Of a stretch of 64,000 nt of DNA, positions 29,129 through 35,768 are shown piece after piece (within the stretch, counting starts at the first letter, position 1; each line of letters opens with the position of its first letter). The translations under genes and the position numbers were made by a program. Origin of the DNA: a virus. Taxonomy: Duplodnaviria; Caudoviricetes. The notes under the pieces are model-generated. The model was given only the letters and a program-made list of their open reading frames with translations. It made no database searches and had not been told where the DNA came from. The stretch spans positions 1 through 64,000 of the IMG/VR virus record IMGVR_UViG_3300037714_000266. One strand, written 5' to 3'.

Positions 29129-29138
29129 CTATCTGGTC

Positions 29139-29167
29139 TTGACTAGCGCTTCCTATATGCCTAATAT
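29139..29167 (+). promoter_or_regulatory. sigma70-like promoter
   Basis: TTGACT-N17-TAATAT followed by the leader AGATAGTGGAAGGAAG, nearly identical to the leader at ~3345-3360. Confidence 0.75.
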
Positions 29168-29172
29168 AGATA

Positions 29173-30144
29173 GTGGAAGGAAGCCAACCCATGACCCGTA
29201 CCGACATTCACCGCGTCTCCCAGATCAAGCCCGAGGAATACGTCATCGTTTTCTCGTACGCCCTCGCGAGTACGAGCGACGGCTGGCCGGTTCCGAGTTT
29301 CAGGATCAACTGCGCGCTCGACAAACGTCACGAAGTCGACGGCCAGATCGTCAACGGCACCCATCACAAAAACGGAAACTGCTGCGTCATCGGGCTGCGT
29401 CAGTCCGGAAAGAAACTCGCGGAGCATGGCGCACCCGGTACGTGCACCATCTGTGGCACCTGGCACATCTACGGTGACGTGTGGCGTCACGAGTCGACCG
29501 GAGAGCACATCTTCGTCGGTCACCAGTGCGCGGACAAGTACAACCTCATCGCCGACCGTCGCGCGTTCGAGAAGGCGCTCAAGGGCGTTCGAGTCCGATC
29601 CGTTCGCGAGCACGAGAAGGCCATTCGTCACGAGGAGCGCCAGAACTTCATCGACGCGCACGACGGTCTTCGTGATGCACTGGAGACCGATCACCGCATC
29701 GTTCGCGACATCAAGGATCGCTTCCTCAACGGTCGCTACACCACGCTCACCGAGGGTCAACTCAACCTGGTCATGAAACTCTACCGCGAGTCGCTTCGTC
29801 CCCAGGTCGTCGAGCATCACGTTCCAGCTCCCATCGAAGCTGGTCGTCAGGTTGTCGAGGGCACTGTCGTCAGCGTTAAGTGCTACGACGGCAACTACGG
29901 CCTCACGTTCAAGATCACCGTGAAGGTCCACACCGACGAGGGCACCTGGCTCGCATGGGGCACCTGTCCAACTTCCCTCCTCGACGCCGAGGGCAACGTA
30001 GGCGGCAAGAAACTCCGCGGCGCCAAAGTCCGCTTCGCTGCGAAACTCAAGAAGGGTCGCGACGATCACTTCGCGCTCTTTTCTCGACCCACCCAGGCTG
30101 AAGTTGTCGAGTGGGCAAAAAACGACGCGGCCGAAGCAGCGTGA
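29173..30144 (+). CDS. Hypothetical early protein with Cys/His clusters and an OB-fold-like C-terminus (likely start 29191)
   Basis: CTICG...H; C-terminal beta-rich VEGTVVSVK...KITVKV. Confidence 0.65.
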   Translation: MEGSQPMTRTDIHRVSQIKPEEYVIVFSYALASTSDGWPVPSFRINCALDKRHEVDGQIVNGTHHKNGNCCVIGLRQSGKKLAEHGAPGTCTICGTWHIYGDVWRHESTGEHIFVGHQCADKYNLIADRRAFEKALKGVRVRSVREHEKAIRHEERQNFIDAHDGLRDALETDHRIVRDIKDRFLNGRYTTLTEGQLNLVMKLYRESLRPQVVEHHVPAPIEAGRQVVEGTVVSVKCYDGNYGLTFKITVKVHTDEGTWLAWGTCPTSLLDAEGNVGGKKLRGAKVRFAAKLKKGRDDHFALFSRPTQAEVVEWAKNDAAEAA

Positions 30145-30361
30145 CGCTTGACGAACGCGACAAAGAGATTCACTCTGAGAACTCGATGACACCGATCTGC
30201 AAAAAGTCGCGCACCGAGGCGCTCCAAATATTGGGGGAAAAGTCCTTCAATACCTGGGGTACGTGCCTGGTGAGTGGCTATGCAGCCATCGATCTCGCGC
30301 ACCAGGAGCCTACACAGGGCGGACTCATCGACCACTGACCAACCAAGAAGGTCGCAACGAT

Positions 30362-30397
30362 GAAGCCGCCCAGTCGAAAGACTCGGCGGCTTTTTTC
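30362..30397 (+). terminator. Rho-independent terminator
   Basis: GAAGCCGCC...GGCGGCTTTTTT hairpin plus T-tract. Confidence 0.7.
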
Positions 30398-30453
30398 GTT
30401 GTGCTGAAAGACAACCATGCACACGAGGAGAAAACGTAAGAGCACATCCCCAT

Positions 30454-30530
30454 GGGGCTGTAGCTCAGTCTGGTAGAGCATCCGCCTTTTAAGCGGGCGC
30501 GCGTGGGTTCAAATCCCTCCAGCCCCACCA
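30454..30530 (+). tRNA. tRNA-Lys(TTT)
   Basis: Cloverleaf, loop CTTTTAA, CCA. Confidence 0.9.
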
Positions 30531-30533
30531 TTT

Positions 30534-30608
30534 GCCGCAGAAGCTAGACAGGAACAGCACTCGGTTCTTACCCGAGAGATCCCCGGTTCGATTCCGGGTT
30601 GCGGTACC
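30534..30608 (+). tRNA. tRNA-Lys(CTT)
   Basis: Loop TTCTTAC, TTCGATT T-loop. Confidence 0.85.
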
Positions 30609-30613
30609 GACAT

Positions 30614-30687
30614 TCGGGAGTCGTCTAGCGGTAGGACGATCGGCTCTGGACCGATCAACCGGGGTTCGAATCCCTGCTCCCGAACCA
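30614..30687 (+). tRNA. tRNA-Gln(CTG)
   Basis: Loop CTCTGGA, CCA. Confidence 0.9.
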
Positions 30688-30756
30688 AGCACTCGCTCTC
30701 TGACAACTGAAGAAGGAATTTCCAAAAGGAAGGGGTCACCGAAACCCCTTCCACTT

Positions 30757-30832
30757 GGGTCTGAAGCTCAAATGGGAGAGCGGCCGACTGTTAATCGGAT
30801 GGTTGCGGGTTCGATCCCCGCCAGGCCCGCCA
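30757..30832 (+). tRNA. tRNA-Asn(GTT)
   Basis: Loop CTGTTAA, CCA. Confidence 0.9.
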
Positions 30833-30838
30833 AGTCAT

Positions 30839-30913
30839 AGGTCACGGTCTGGGTAACCGGGTTGGTCTCCAAAACCGACCGTCTGCAACGTTCGATTCGT
30901 TGGTGACCTGCCA
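30839..30913 (+). tRNA. tRNA-Trp(CCA)
   Basis: Loop CTCCAAA, GCCA end; atypical D-arm. Confidence 0.8.
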
Positions 30914-30916
30914 AAT

Positions 30917-30993
30917 GGGATGGAAGATGAAGTGGTGGAATCGCTGGCCTGTCACGTCAGAGTAAGCGGGTTCAACTCCCGTCCGTCCCGCCA
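30917..30993 (+). tRNA. tRNA-Asp(GTC)
   Basis: Loop CTGTCAC, GCCA. Confidence 0.9.
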
Positions 30994-30994
30994 C

Positions 30995-31069
30995 GCTGTT
31001 CTTGCGTAAGTGGTCTGCGCGCTCGGCTGAAGCCCGAGAGGACCGGGTTCGATTCCTGGGGACAGCACC
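30995..31069 (+). tRNA. tRNA-Phe(GAA)
   Basis: Loop CTGAAGC. Confidence 0.85.
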
Positions 31070-31143
31070 GGGGTGGAGTCGCGGCGTGCGACGCCTGTTT
31101 TGGGAACAGGAGGCGGCTGGTTCAACTCCAGTCACCCCGACCA
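31069..31143 (+). tRNA. tRNA-Pro(TGG)
   Basis: CGGGGTG acceptor, loop TTTGGGA, ACCA. Confidence 0.85.
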
Positions 31144-31145
31144 AT

Positions 31146-31219
31146 GTCCTCGATGCTCGAATGGAACGAGCGCCGGTTTCCTAAACCGGAGTGTGCAGGT
31201 TCGAATCCTGCCGAGGACG
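31146..31219 (+). tRNA. tRNA-Arg(CCT)
   Basis: Loop TTCCTAA; no encoded CCA. Confidence 0.85.
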
Positions 31220-31232
31220 CTGAAAGATTTTC

Positions 31233-31320
31233 GGAGCGAGGTTTCCATCATGGTAGATGGCTCCCGGCTGTAACCCGGCAGGTGTTCCACACTGGGGTTC
31301 GAATCCCTCCCGCTCCACCA
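31233..31320 (+). tRNA. tRNA-Tyr(GTA)
   Basis: Loop CTGTAAC, long variable arm, ACCA. Confidence 0.85.
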
Positions 31321-31321
31321 T

Positions 31322-31396
31322 TGGACCGGACGGTCTGGTCGACCTGTTTCGCCTGATAAGCGGAGCGGTCAGGTTCAATTCCTGGCGGTCCAACCA
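31322..31396 (+). tRNA. tRNA-Ile(GAT)
   Basis: Loop CTGATAA, ACCA. Confidence 0.85.
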
Positions 31397-31398
31397 AC

Positions 31399-31472
31399 GC
31401 CTCGCAAGCAGAGACGGCGCTGCACTCGCTTGGTATGTGAGTTAGATCGGTTCAAGTCCGATGCGAGGCTCC
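31399..31472 (+). tRNA. tRNA-Thr(GGT)
   Basis: Loop TTGGTAT. Confidence 0.8.
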
Positions 31473-31476
31473 GTAT

Positions 31477-31554
31477 GGTGATCGATGCCGAAGTAGTCGA
31501 GGCGCGCGGTTGTGGACCGCGTTCAAGCGGGTGCGAGTCCCGTCGATCACACCA
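31477..31554 (+). tRNA. tRNA-His(GTG)
   Basis: G-1 present, loop TTGTGGA, ACCA. Confidence 0.9.
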
Positions 31555-31578
31555 GGGTAGCTCAATCGCATGGTAAAT

Positions 31579-31656
31579 GCCCCCGGGTCTAGGAGTGGTT
31601 CTCCTAGCCGTTCTTATAAGGCGGTAAAGCAGGTTCGATTCCTGACGGGCGCACCA
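31579..31656 (+). tRNA. tRNA-Ile(TAT), atypical
   Basis: Loop CTTATAA, GGTTCGATTCC, ACCA; one acceptor mismatch and a weak stem. Confidence 0.55.
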
Positions 31657-31690
31657 AACTGCTGTCGGTTCAAGTCCGACCTGACCCACC

Positions 31691-31762
31691 CGTCCGGTAG
31701 CTCAGTGGTAGAGCGCTCGCTCGACACGCGAGAGGTCGTGGGATCGTGTCCCACCCGGACGA
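31691..31762 (+). tRNA. tRNA-Val(GAC)
   Basis: Loop TCGACAC; atypical T-loop. Confidence 0.8.
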
Positions 31763-31773
31763 CTACACACAAC

Positions 31774-31847
31774 GGGGCCATCGTCTAACGGGAGGACGTC
31801 TCGCTTGCAACGAGAAAATAAGAGTTCGATTCTCTTTGGTTCCACCA
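31774..31847 (+). tRNA. tRNA-Ala(TGC)
   Basis: G3:U70 in acceptor, loop CTTGCAA, ACCA. Confidence 0.9.
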
Positions 31848-31852
31848 CTTTT

Positions 31853-31927
31853 GCGGGTAAGGCCAAATCGGTGAGGCGTCAGGTTTCCACCCTGAAGAAG
31901 TCGGTTCGATCCCGACTGCCCGCTCCA
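31853..31927 (+). tRNA. tRNA-Gly(TCC)
   Basis: Loop TTTCCAC, TCCA. Confidence 0.9.
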
Positions 31928-31930
31928 CTT

Positions 31931-32001
31931 GTCGCGATCTTCTGGGAAGGACACCGGCTGCAACCCGGTGAAGGAGAGTCCGATTCTCTCTCGCGACTCC
32001 A
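31931..32001 (+). tRNA. tRNA-Cys(GCA)
   Basis: Loop CTGCAAC, TCCA. Confidence 0.85.
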
Positions 32002-32007
32002 GAGTTT

Positions 32008-32080
32008 GCTCTCGACGCCGACAGGAACGGCAATCGGATTTCTACTCCGATCTTTTGGGGTTCGAGTCCTCACGAGAGCG
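32008..32080 (+). tRNA. tRNA-Arg(TCT)
   Basis: Loop TTTCTAC. Confidence 0.85.
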
Positions 32081-32084
32081 CTGT

Positions 32085-32160
32085 GACCGTGTAGCTCGAT
32101 TGGACGAGCGCCTGGCTACGAACCAGGAGGATGGGGGTTCGAGTCCCTCCACGGTCGCCA
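32085..32160 (+). tRNA. tRNA-Arg(ACG)
   Basis: Loop CTACGAA, GCCA. Confidence 0.9.
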
Positions 32161-32163
32161 GAT

Positions 32164-32236
32164 GTCTTCGTAGCTCAACAGGAGAGAGCACCGGTCTCCG
32201 AAGCCGGGGATCGTGGTTCGACTCCACGCGAAGACG
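32164..32236 (+). tRNA. tRNA-Arg(CCG)
   Basis: Loop CTCCGAA. Confidence 0.85.
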
Positions 32237-32240
32237 CTGA

Positions 32241-32312
32241 TGCGGGGTGGTGTACTAGAGCACGCCGGCCTCATAAGCCGAAGGACCTGGGCAGTTCAGG
32301 CGACCGCAACCA
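32241..32312 (+). tRNA. tRNA-Met(CAT), degenerate T-arm
   Basis: Loop CTCATAA, ACCA; poor T-loop. Confidence 0.6.
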
Positions 32313-32314
32313 AT

Positions 32315-32386
32315 CCCGGTGTGGGGTCAGAGGAGACCCAGCGGTTTCATAAGCCGCCAGAGTCGGTTCGAGTCCGATCGCCGGGA
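32315..32386 (+). tRNA. tRNA-Met/Ile2(CAT)
   Basis: Loop TTCATAA. Confidence 0.8.
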
Positions 32387-32390
32387 CTGA

Positions 32391-32467
32391 CGGGGTATAG
32401 CGCAGTTTGGAAGCGCGCCGCATTTGGGATCCGGAGGTCGTCGGTTCGAACCCGACTACCCCGACCA
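32391..32467 (+). tRNA. tRNA-Pro(TGG), second copy
   Basis: Loop TTTGGGA, ACCA; one stem mismatch. Confidence 0.85.
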
Positions 32468-32472
32468 CGTGA

Positions 32473-32548
32473 GTGCGGATAGCTCAGATGGAAGAGCGCT
32501 GGTGTTACATACCGGAAGTCGTCGGTTCGAACCCGACTCCGCATACCA
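32473..32548 (+). tRNA. tRNA-Val(TAC)
   Basis: Loop GTTACAT, ACCA. Confidence 0.85.
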
Positions 32549-32549
32549 A

Positions 32550-32637
32550 GCTCAGATGGCGGAATGGCAGACGCGCTGGTTTGAGAGACCAGTGAGGCGT
32601 AGACCTCGTGAGGGTTCGACTCCCTCTCTGAGCACCA
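32550..32637 (+). tRNA. tRNA-Leu(GAG)
   Basis: Long variable arm, loop TTGAGAG, ACCA. Confidence 0.9.
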
Positions 32638-32639
32638 AG

Positions 32640-32722
32640 GCTCGCGTGGCGGAACGCAGACGCAGCTAGCCTAAACCTAGCCGTCCTTCATGGACGTGGG
32701 GGTTCAAATCCCTTCGCGAGCA
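32640..32722 (+). tRNA. tRNA-Leu(TAA)
   Basis: Long variable arm, loop CCTAAAC. Confidence 0.85.
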
Positions 32723-32727
32723 CTCAC

Positions 32728-32812
32728 GGCTGAGTGGCGGAATGGCAGACGCGCCTGGCCTAGGACCAGGTGATCTAAGATCGTGCAGGTTCGACTCCTG
32801 TCTCAGCTACCA
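32728..32812 (+). tRNA. tRNA-Leu(TAG)
   Basis: Long variable arm, loop CCTAGGA, ACCA. Confidence 0.9.
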
Positions 32813-32813
32813 T

Positions 32814-32899
32814 GCAAGCGTGGCGAAACGGAAAACGCAGCAGATTCAAGTCCTGCTGGCCCGCGAGGTCTTGTGAGTTCGAATCTCACCGCTTGCACC
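32814..32899 (+). tRNA. tRNA-Leu(CAA)
   Basis: Long variable arm, loop TTCAAGT. Confidence 0.85.
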
Positions 32900-32931
32900 G
32901 AAAACCAATAACCAAAGAAAGGAGACGACCG

Positions 32932-33465
32932 ATGCGTACGCTCGTATTGGATCGTTCATACCAGCCGCATCGTGTCGTTTCGTGGCAGCGCGCCGTCACG
33001 ATGCTCTTCCAAGGAAAGATCGAGGTGCTCGAAGAGTACGACGAGGACATTCGATCCGTCTCGATCACAATCAAGATGCCGGCCGTCGTCCGGCTTCTTC
33101 ACCACGTCACTGGACGTAAGAGAGCAATCAAGTTCTCGCGGATCAACGTGGCGACTCGTGATGACTTTCGTTGCCAATACTGCGGAGCCAAACACGCACT
33201 CGGCAAACTCACATACGACCACATTGTTCCGCGAGGCCAAGGCGGCCTGACGACGTGGACGAACATCACGATGGCCTGTTACGGCTGCAACGAGAAGAAG
33301 GGCAACCGAACCCCAGAGCAAGCGGGGATGCGGCTCAAGAAGCTTCCTGTGAAGCCAGAGAGCCTTCCAGTGGTCGTCTTCAGGATCGATCCACAAGCAA
33401 CGATCCCAGAACAGTGGGTCAACTTCATCTACTGGCACGGATCGCTGGATGACGAGGGATCGTGA
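32932..33465 (+). CDS. HNH endonuclease (McrA-like) inside the tRNA array
   Basis: AAGGAG RBS; RDDFRCQYCG...LTYDHIVPRGQGG..TWTN...AC..CN..KGNRTP. Confidence 0.9.
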   Translation: MRTLVLDRSYQPHRVVSWQRAVTMLFQGKIEVLEEYDEDIRSVSITIKMPAVVRLLHHVTGRKRAIKFSRINVATRDDFRCQYCGAKHALGKLTYDHIVPRGQGGLTTWTNITMACYGCNEKKGNRTPEQAGMRLKKLPVKPESLPVVVFRIDPQATIPEQWVNFIYWHGSLDDEGS

Positions 33466-33554
33466 AAAGTCTCCGACTCGATTGAGTCCTTGGACCGGCC
33501 GGCATGGCGGCCGGTGAGAAAAACCTCCCGTCCAAAGGAGGACCATCGCACCAA

Positions 33555-33631
33555 CGGGGTGTAGCTCAGCTTGGAAGAGCGCTCGTTTCGGGAACGAGAG
33601 GCCGCTGGTTCGAATCCAGTCACCCCGACCA
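33555..33631 (+). tRNA. tRNA-Pro(CGG)
   Basis: Loop TTCGGGA, ACCA. Confidence 0.9.
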
Positions 33632-33632
33632 C

Positions 33633-33716
33633 GGAGAGAGAACCGATCCGGGATCGGCCTGGTCTTGAACACCAAGGGACGAGATCGTTGGGGTTCGACT
33701 CCTCCTCTCTCCGCCA
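33633..33716 (+). tRNA. tRNA-Ser(TGA)
   Basis: Loop CTTGAAC, long variable arm, GCCA. Confidence 0.85.
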
Positions 33717-33718
33717 AT

Positions 33719-33804
33719 GGAGACTGATCCGAGCTGGGCTCGGCGCCGCTTGGAAAGCGGTTGGGCGCTTCGGTGTTGCGGTTCGATTCCGTCTGTCTCC
33801 GCCA
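33719..33804 (+). tRNA. tRNA-Ser(GGA)
   Basis: Loop TTGGAAA, long variable arm, GCCA. Confidence 0.85.
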
Positions 33805-33876
33805 TGACCGGTCGGCGGAAGGCTCAAAAACGAGCCTAAGTCATCGACATGACTCACTTTAGACTGGTCGTCTCAT

Positions 33877-33964
33877 GGTAACTGAATCGAGCAAGGCTCG
33901 GACCCCGTTGCTAGCGGGTGTGACGTCGTAAGGCGTTGGGGATCAAGACCTCCGGTTACCGCCA
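33877..33964 (+). tRNA. tRNA-Ser(GCT)
   Basis: Loop TTGCTAG, long variable arm, GCCA. Confidence 0.8.
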
Positions 33965-34003
33965 TGCGGATGTAGCTCAGTTGGAAGAGCGCGATCTTGC
34001 CAA

Positions 34004-34574
34004 CGGCTACGGGTTCGAATACGGTGTCGTATGGGACAACCAGCGCGGTGGAACGGGAGACACGTTTACTATACCGCCTCTGATTACCCGCGGGTTCTTT
34101 GGCCAGAACATCCTATGGCGAAGAGCGATGGGATGGTTCGTATTCATCGGGCGGTGGCGGCTGAAGCGGCCGGCCGACCGCTCCGACCAAGCGAGCACGT
34201 ACACCACAAAAATGGCGTTCGGAACGACTGGCGTGCCGACAACCTGGAAATATGCTCTCCCACGGAACACCGCATCAAGCACGCGATGCAGCAGCGCGTT
34301 ACTTTCGGTTGTGCAAGTTGCGGGATAGAGGTCGTGCGCGCACGTTCGCATGTGCGAGGCGAGAAGTCATACTGCTCGCATAAGTGCGCGCACAAGGCTA
34401 CTGAACGTACCAGGTACCCCGACAATGATGAGCTGGCAAAGTGGGTATGGCGAGAGCCGCTCACGGCGATCGCAGTGAAACTCGGCGTGTCCGATAAAGC
34501 GCTAGCCAAGAGGTGTAAGATTCGGAAGATTTCGACCCCGGGTCGGGGGTACTGGTCTAAGCGGCGATAGGTTC
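34004..34574 (+). mobile_element. HNH-carrying insertion/intron-like element at tRNA position 38/39
   Basis: Clean insertion without target duplication; 27 nt before and 4 nt after the HNH ORF. Confidence 0.75.
34031..34570 (+). CDS. HNH homing endonuclease
   Basis: HRAVAAEAAGRPL.PSEHVHHKNG.R.D.R.DNLE...H; CxxC/CxxxC zinc finger; HTH-like tail LGVSDKALAKRC...PGRGYW. Confidence 0.9.
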   Translation: MGQPARWNGRHVYYTASDYPRVLWPEHPMAKSDGMVRIHRAVAAEAAGRPLRPSEHVHHKNGVRNDWRADNLEICSPTEHRIKHAMQQRVTFGCASCGIEVVRARSHVRGEKSYCSHKCAHKATERTRYPDNDELAKWVWREPLTAIAVKLGVSDKALAKRCKIRKISTPGRGYWSKRR

Positions 34575-34614
34575 GGTCGAGGCCATGGGTTCGAGCCCCA
34601 TTATCCGCTCCAAT

Positions 34615-34690
34615 GTCCCCGTCATCTAGTGGCTCAGGATGCTGGCCCCTCAAGCCGGTCACAACGGTTCAAATCCGTTCGGGGACGCCA
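34615..34690 (+). tRNA. tRNA-Glu(CTC)
   Basis: Loop CCCTCAA, GCCA. Confidence 0.9.
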
Positions 34691-34691
34691 A

Positions 34692-34778
34692 GGAAGGTGA
34701 AGACTCAGTGGTGGGTCACCCGTTTCGAAAGCGGGGTTACGCGCAAGCGTAAGGGGTTCGACTCCTCCTCCTTCCACC
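34692..34778 (+). tRNA. tRNA-Ser(CGA)
   Basis: Loop TTCGAAA, long variable arm. Confidence 0.85.
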
Positions 34779-34782
34779 GTCA

Positions 34783-34856
34783 GGCCCTGTCGTCTATTGG
34801 TTAGGATCGGAGTCTTTCAACCTCCGGAACGGGGTTCGATTCCCCGCAGGGTCACC
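34783..34856 (+). tRNA. tRNA-Glu(TTC)
   Basis: Loop CTTTCAA. Confidence 0.85.
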
Positions 34857-34872
34857 TCGGGAAATTCCTTCG

Positions 34873-34949
34873 GCCGGTGAGGTCCCATTGGCAGGGGCGC
34901 CCGTTTTGTACGCGGGAGACTGTGGGTTCGAATCCCTCCGCCGGCTCCA
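34873..34949 (+). tRNA. tRNA-Thr(TGT)
   Basis: Loop TTTGTAC, TCCA. Confidence 0.85.
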
Positions 34950-34952
34950 TTT

Positions 34953-35028
34953 GCCCTTGAAGTCTCAATGGAGAGACGCCCGTTTCGTATTCGGGAGGCG
35001 ATCGGTTCGATCCCGATCAAGGGCTCCA
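34953..35028 (+). tRNA. tRNA-Thr(CGT)
   Basis: Loop TTCGTAT, TCCA. Confidence 0.85.
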
Positions 35029-35029
35029 T

Positions 35030-35102
35030 TGGGACGTCCCGCGGGTCGGGTGGTCGGCCTTTGAAGCCGATGACGGTGAGTTCGAGTCTTCCCGTCCCAG
35101 CC
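35030..35102 (+). tRNA. tRNA-Gln(TTG)
   Basis: Loop CTTTGAA. Confidence 0.8.
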
Positions 35103-35103
35103 G

Positions 35104-35418
35104 TCACAGGTTCGAGTTGAGCCAAGCCGATAGCTGACGCCTGGCTTCGACCGGGTCTTCCTTGGCGACCTCCTCGATGCGGTCCAATTCTTCGCGTCGG
35201 ACGTCGGCCCGTGTCTCGACCCTGGCCTTTTCGATCTCACCCTCCAGCCGAACCTTCTCGACCTCAAGTTCAGCTCGATCTTTGAGCGAAGGGGTTGGCG
35301 ATGGATCGGTCTTGTCGTTGTTCGACACGAAGAGCGCAAGAAGGACTCCGCCAACTGCCGCGGCGATGCCGACAACGGCCCACCAATAGCGCCTGATAAA
35401 CCTCCACACCTTCTGCAT
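35104..35418 (-). CDS. Single-TM coiled-coil protein (i-spanin-like)
   Basis: Basic N-terminus, one TM helix, charged coiled coil. Confidence 0.5.
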   Translation of the reverse strand: MQKVWRFIRRYWWAVVGIAAAVGGVLLALFVSNNDKTDPSPTPSLKDRAELEVEKVRLEGEIEKARVETRADVRREELDRIEEVAKEDPVEARRQLSAWLNSNL

Positions 35419-35519
35419 CAAAGCACCTTCCCGTTCGCTATGTTCTGCAATGGCGACGACTGTCAGGGCGAGTGTGACCGGTACAGCAAACGGAGCGAGG
35501 GCACCTAGCCACGCCAGCA

Positions 35520-35756
35520 TCAACCCTCTGTGAGGAGTTGTGGTCCCTTGCCTGGTTCCACCTGCTCTTGGCGAACGGAACCTTGTCCAACATCGTCGGT
35601 GAGAAGCTGTCGGCCCTTCTGATCGACGACCTCGTTGAATCCGCACGACGAGCAACTCTTGCGAACCTTGCCGTCACCCACTGCCTCGGTCATGAGACTG
35701 GCGCTGTTGCACTTCGGGCATCTCGGGCCCGCGTGCGCGTGATTATTGTTCTCCAT
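35520..35756 (-). CDS. Small zinc-ribbon protein
   Basis: CPKC...CSSC; AGGAGAAG RBS. Confidence 0.55.
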   Translation of the reverse strand: MENNNHAHAGPRCPKCNSASLMTEAVGDGKVRKSCSSCGFNEVVDQKGRQLLTDDVGQGSVRQEQVEPGKGPQLLTEG

Positions 35757-35768
35757 CCGCTTCTCCTT

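Larger units (their letters stand above)
33966..34612 (+). tRNA. tRNA-Gly(GCC) split by a 571-bp insert (5' half 33966-34003, 3' half 34575-34612)
   Basis: Joining the halves gives a canonical tRNA-Gly: GCGGATG...CGATC TTGCCAA | GGTCG...GGTTCGAGCCC...TATCCGC TCCA. Confidence 0.9.

Noticed and set aside
32640-33716. Suppressor or selenocysteine tRNAs (anticodons TAA, TAG, TGA)
   Set aside because: These anticodons read UUA, CUA and UCA (Leu, Leu, Ser). No CTA, TTA or TCA anticodon was found, and long ORFs are intact under code 11, so there is no sign of stop-codon reassignment.
34004-34574. Standard group I or group II intron in tRNA-Gly
   Set aside because: Junction bases and the very short non-coding flanks do not fit. 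A core overlapping the ORF cannot be excluded without a covariance-model search.
30066-35375. ORFs predicted across the tRNA array (other than the two HNH genes)
   Set aside because: They are translations of tRNA sequence or its antisense.
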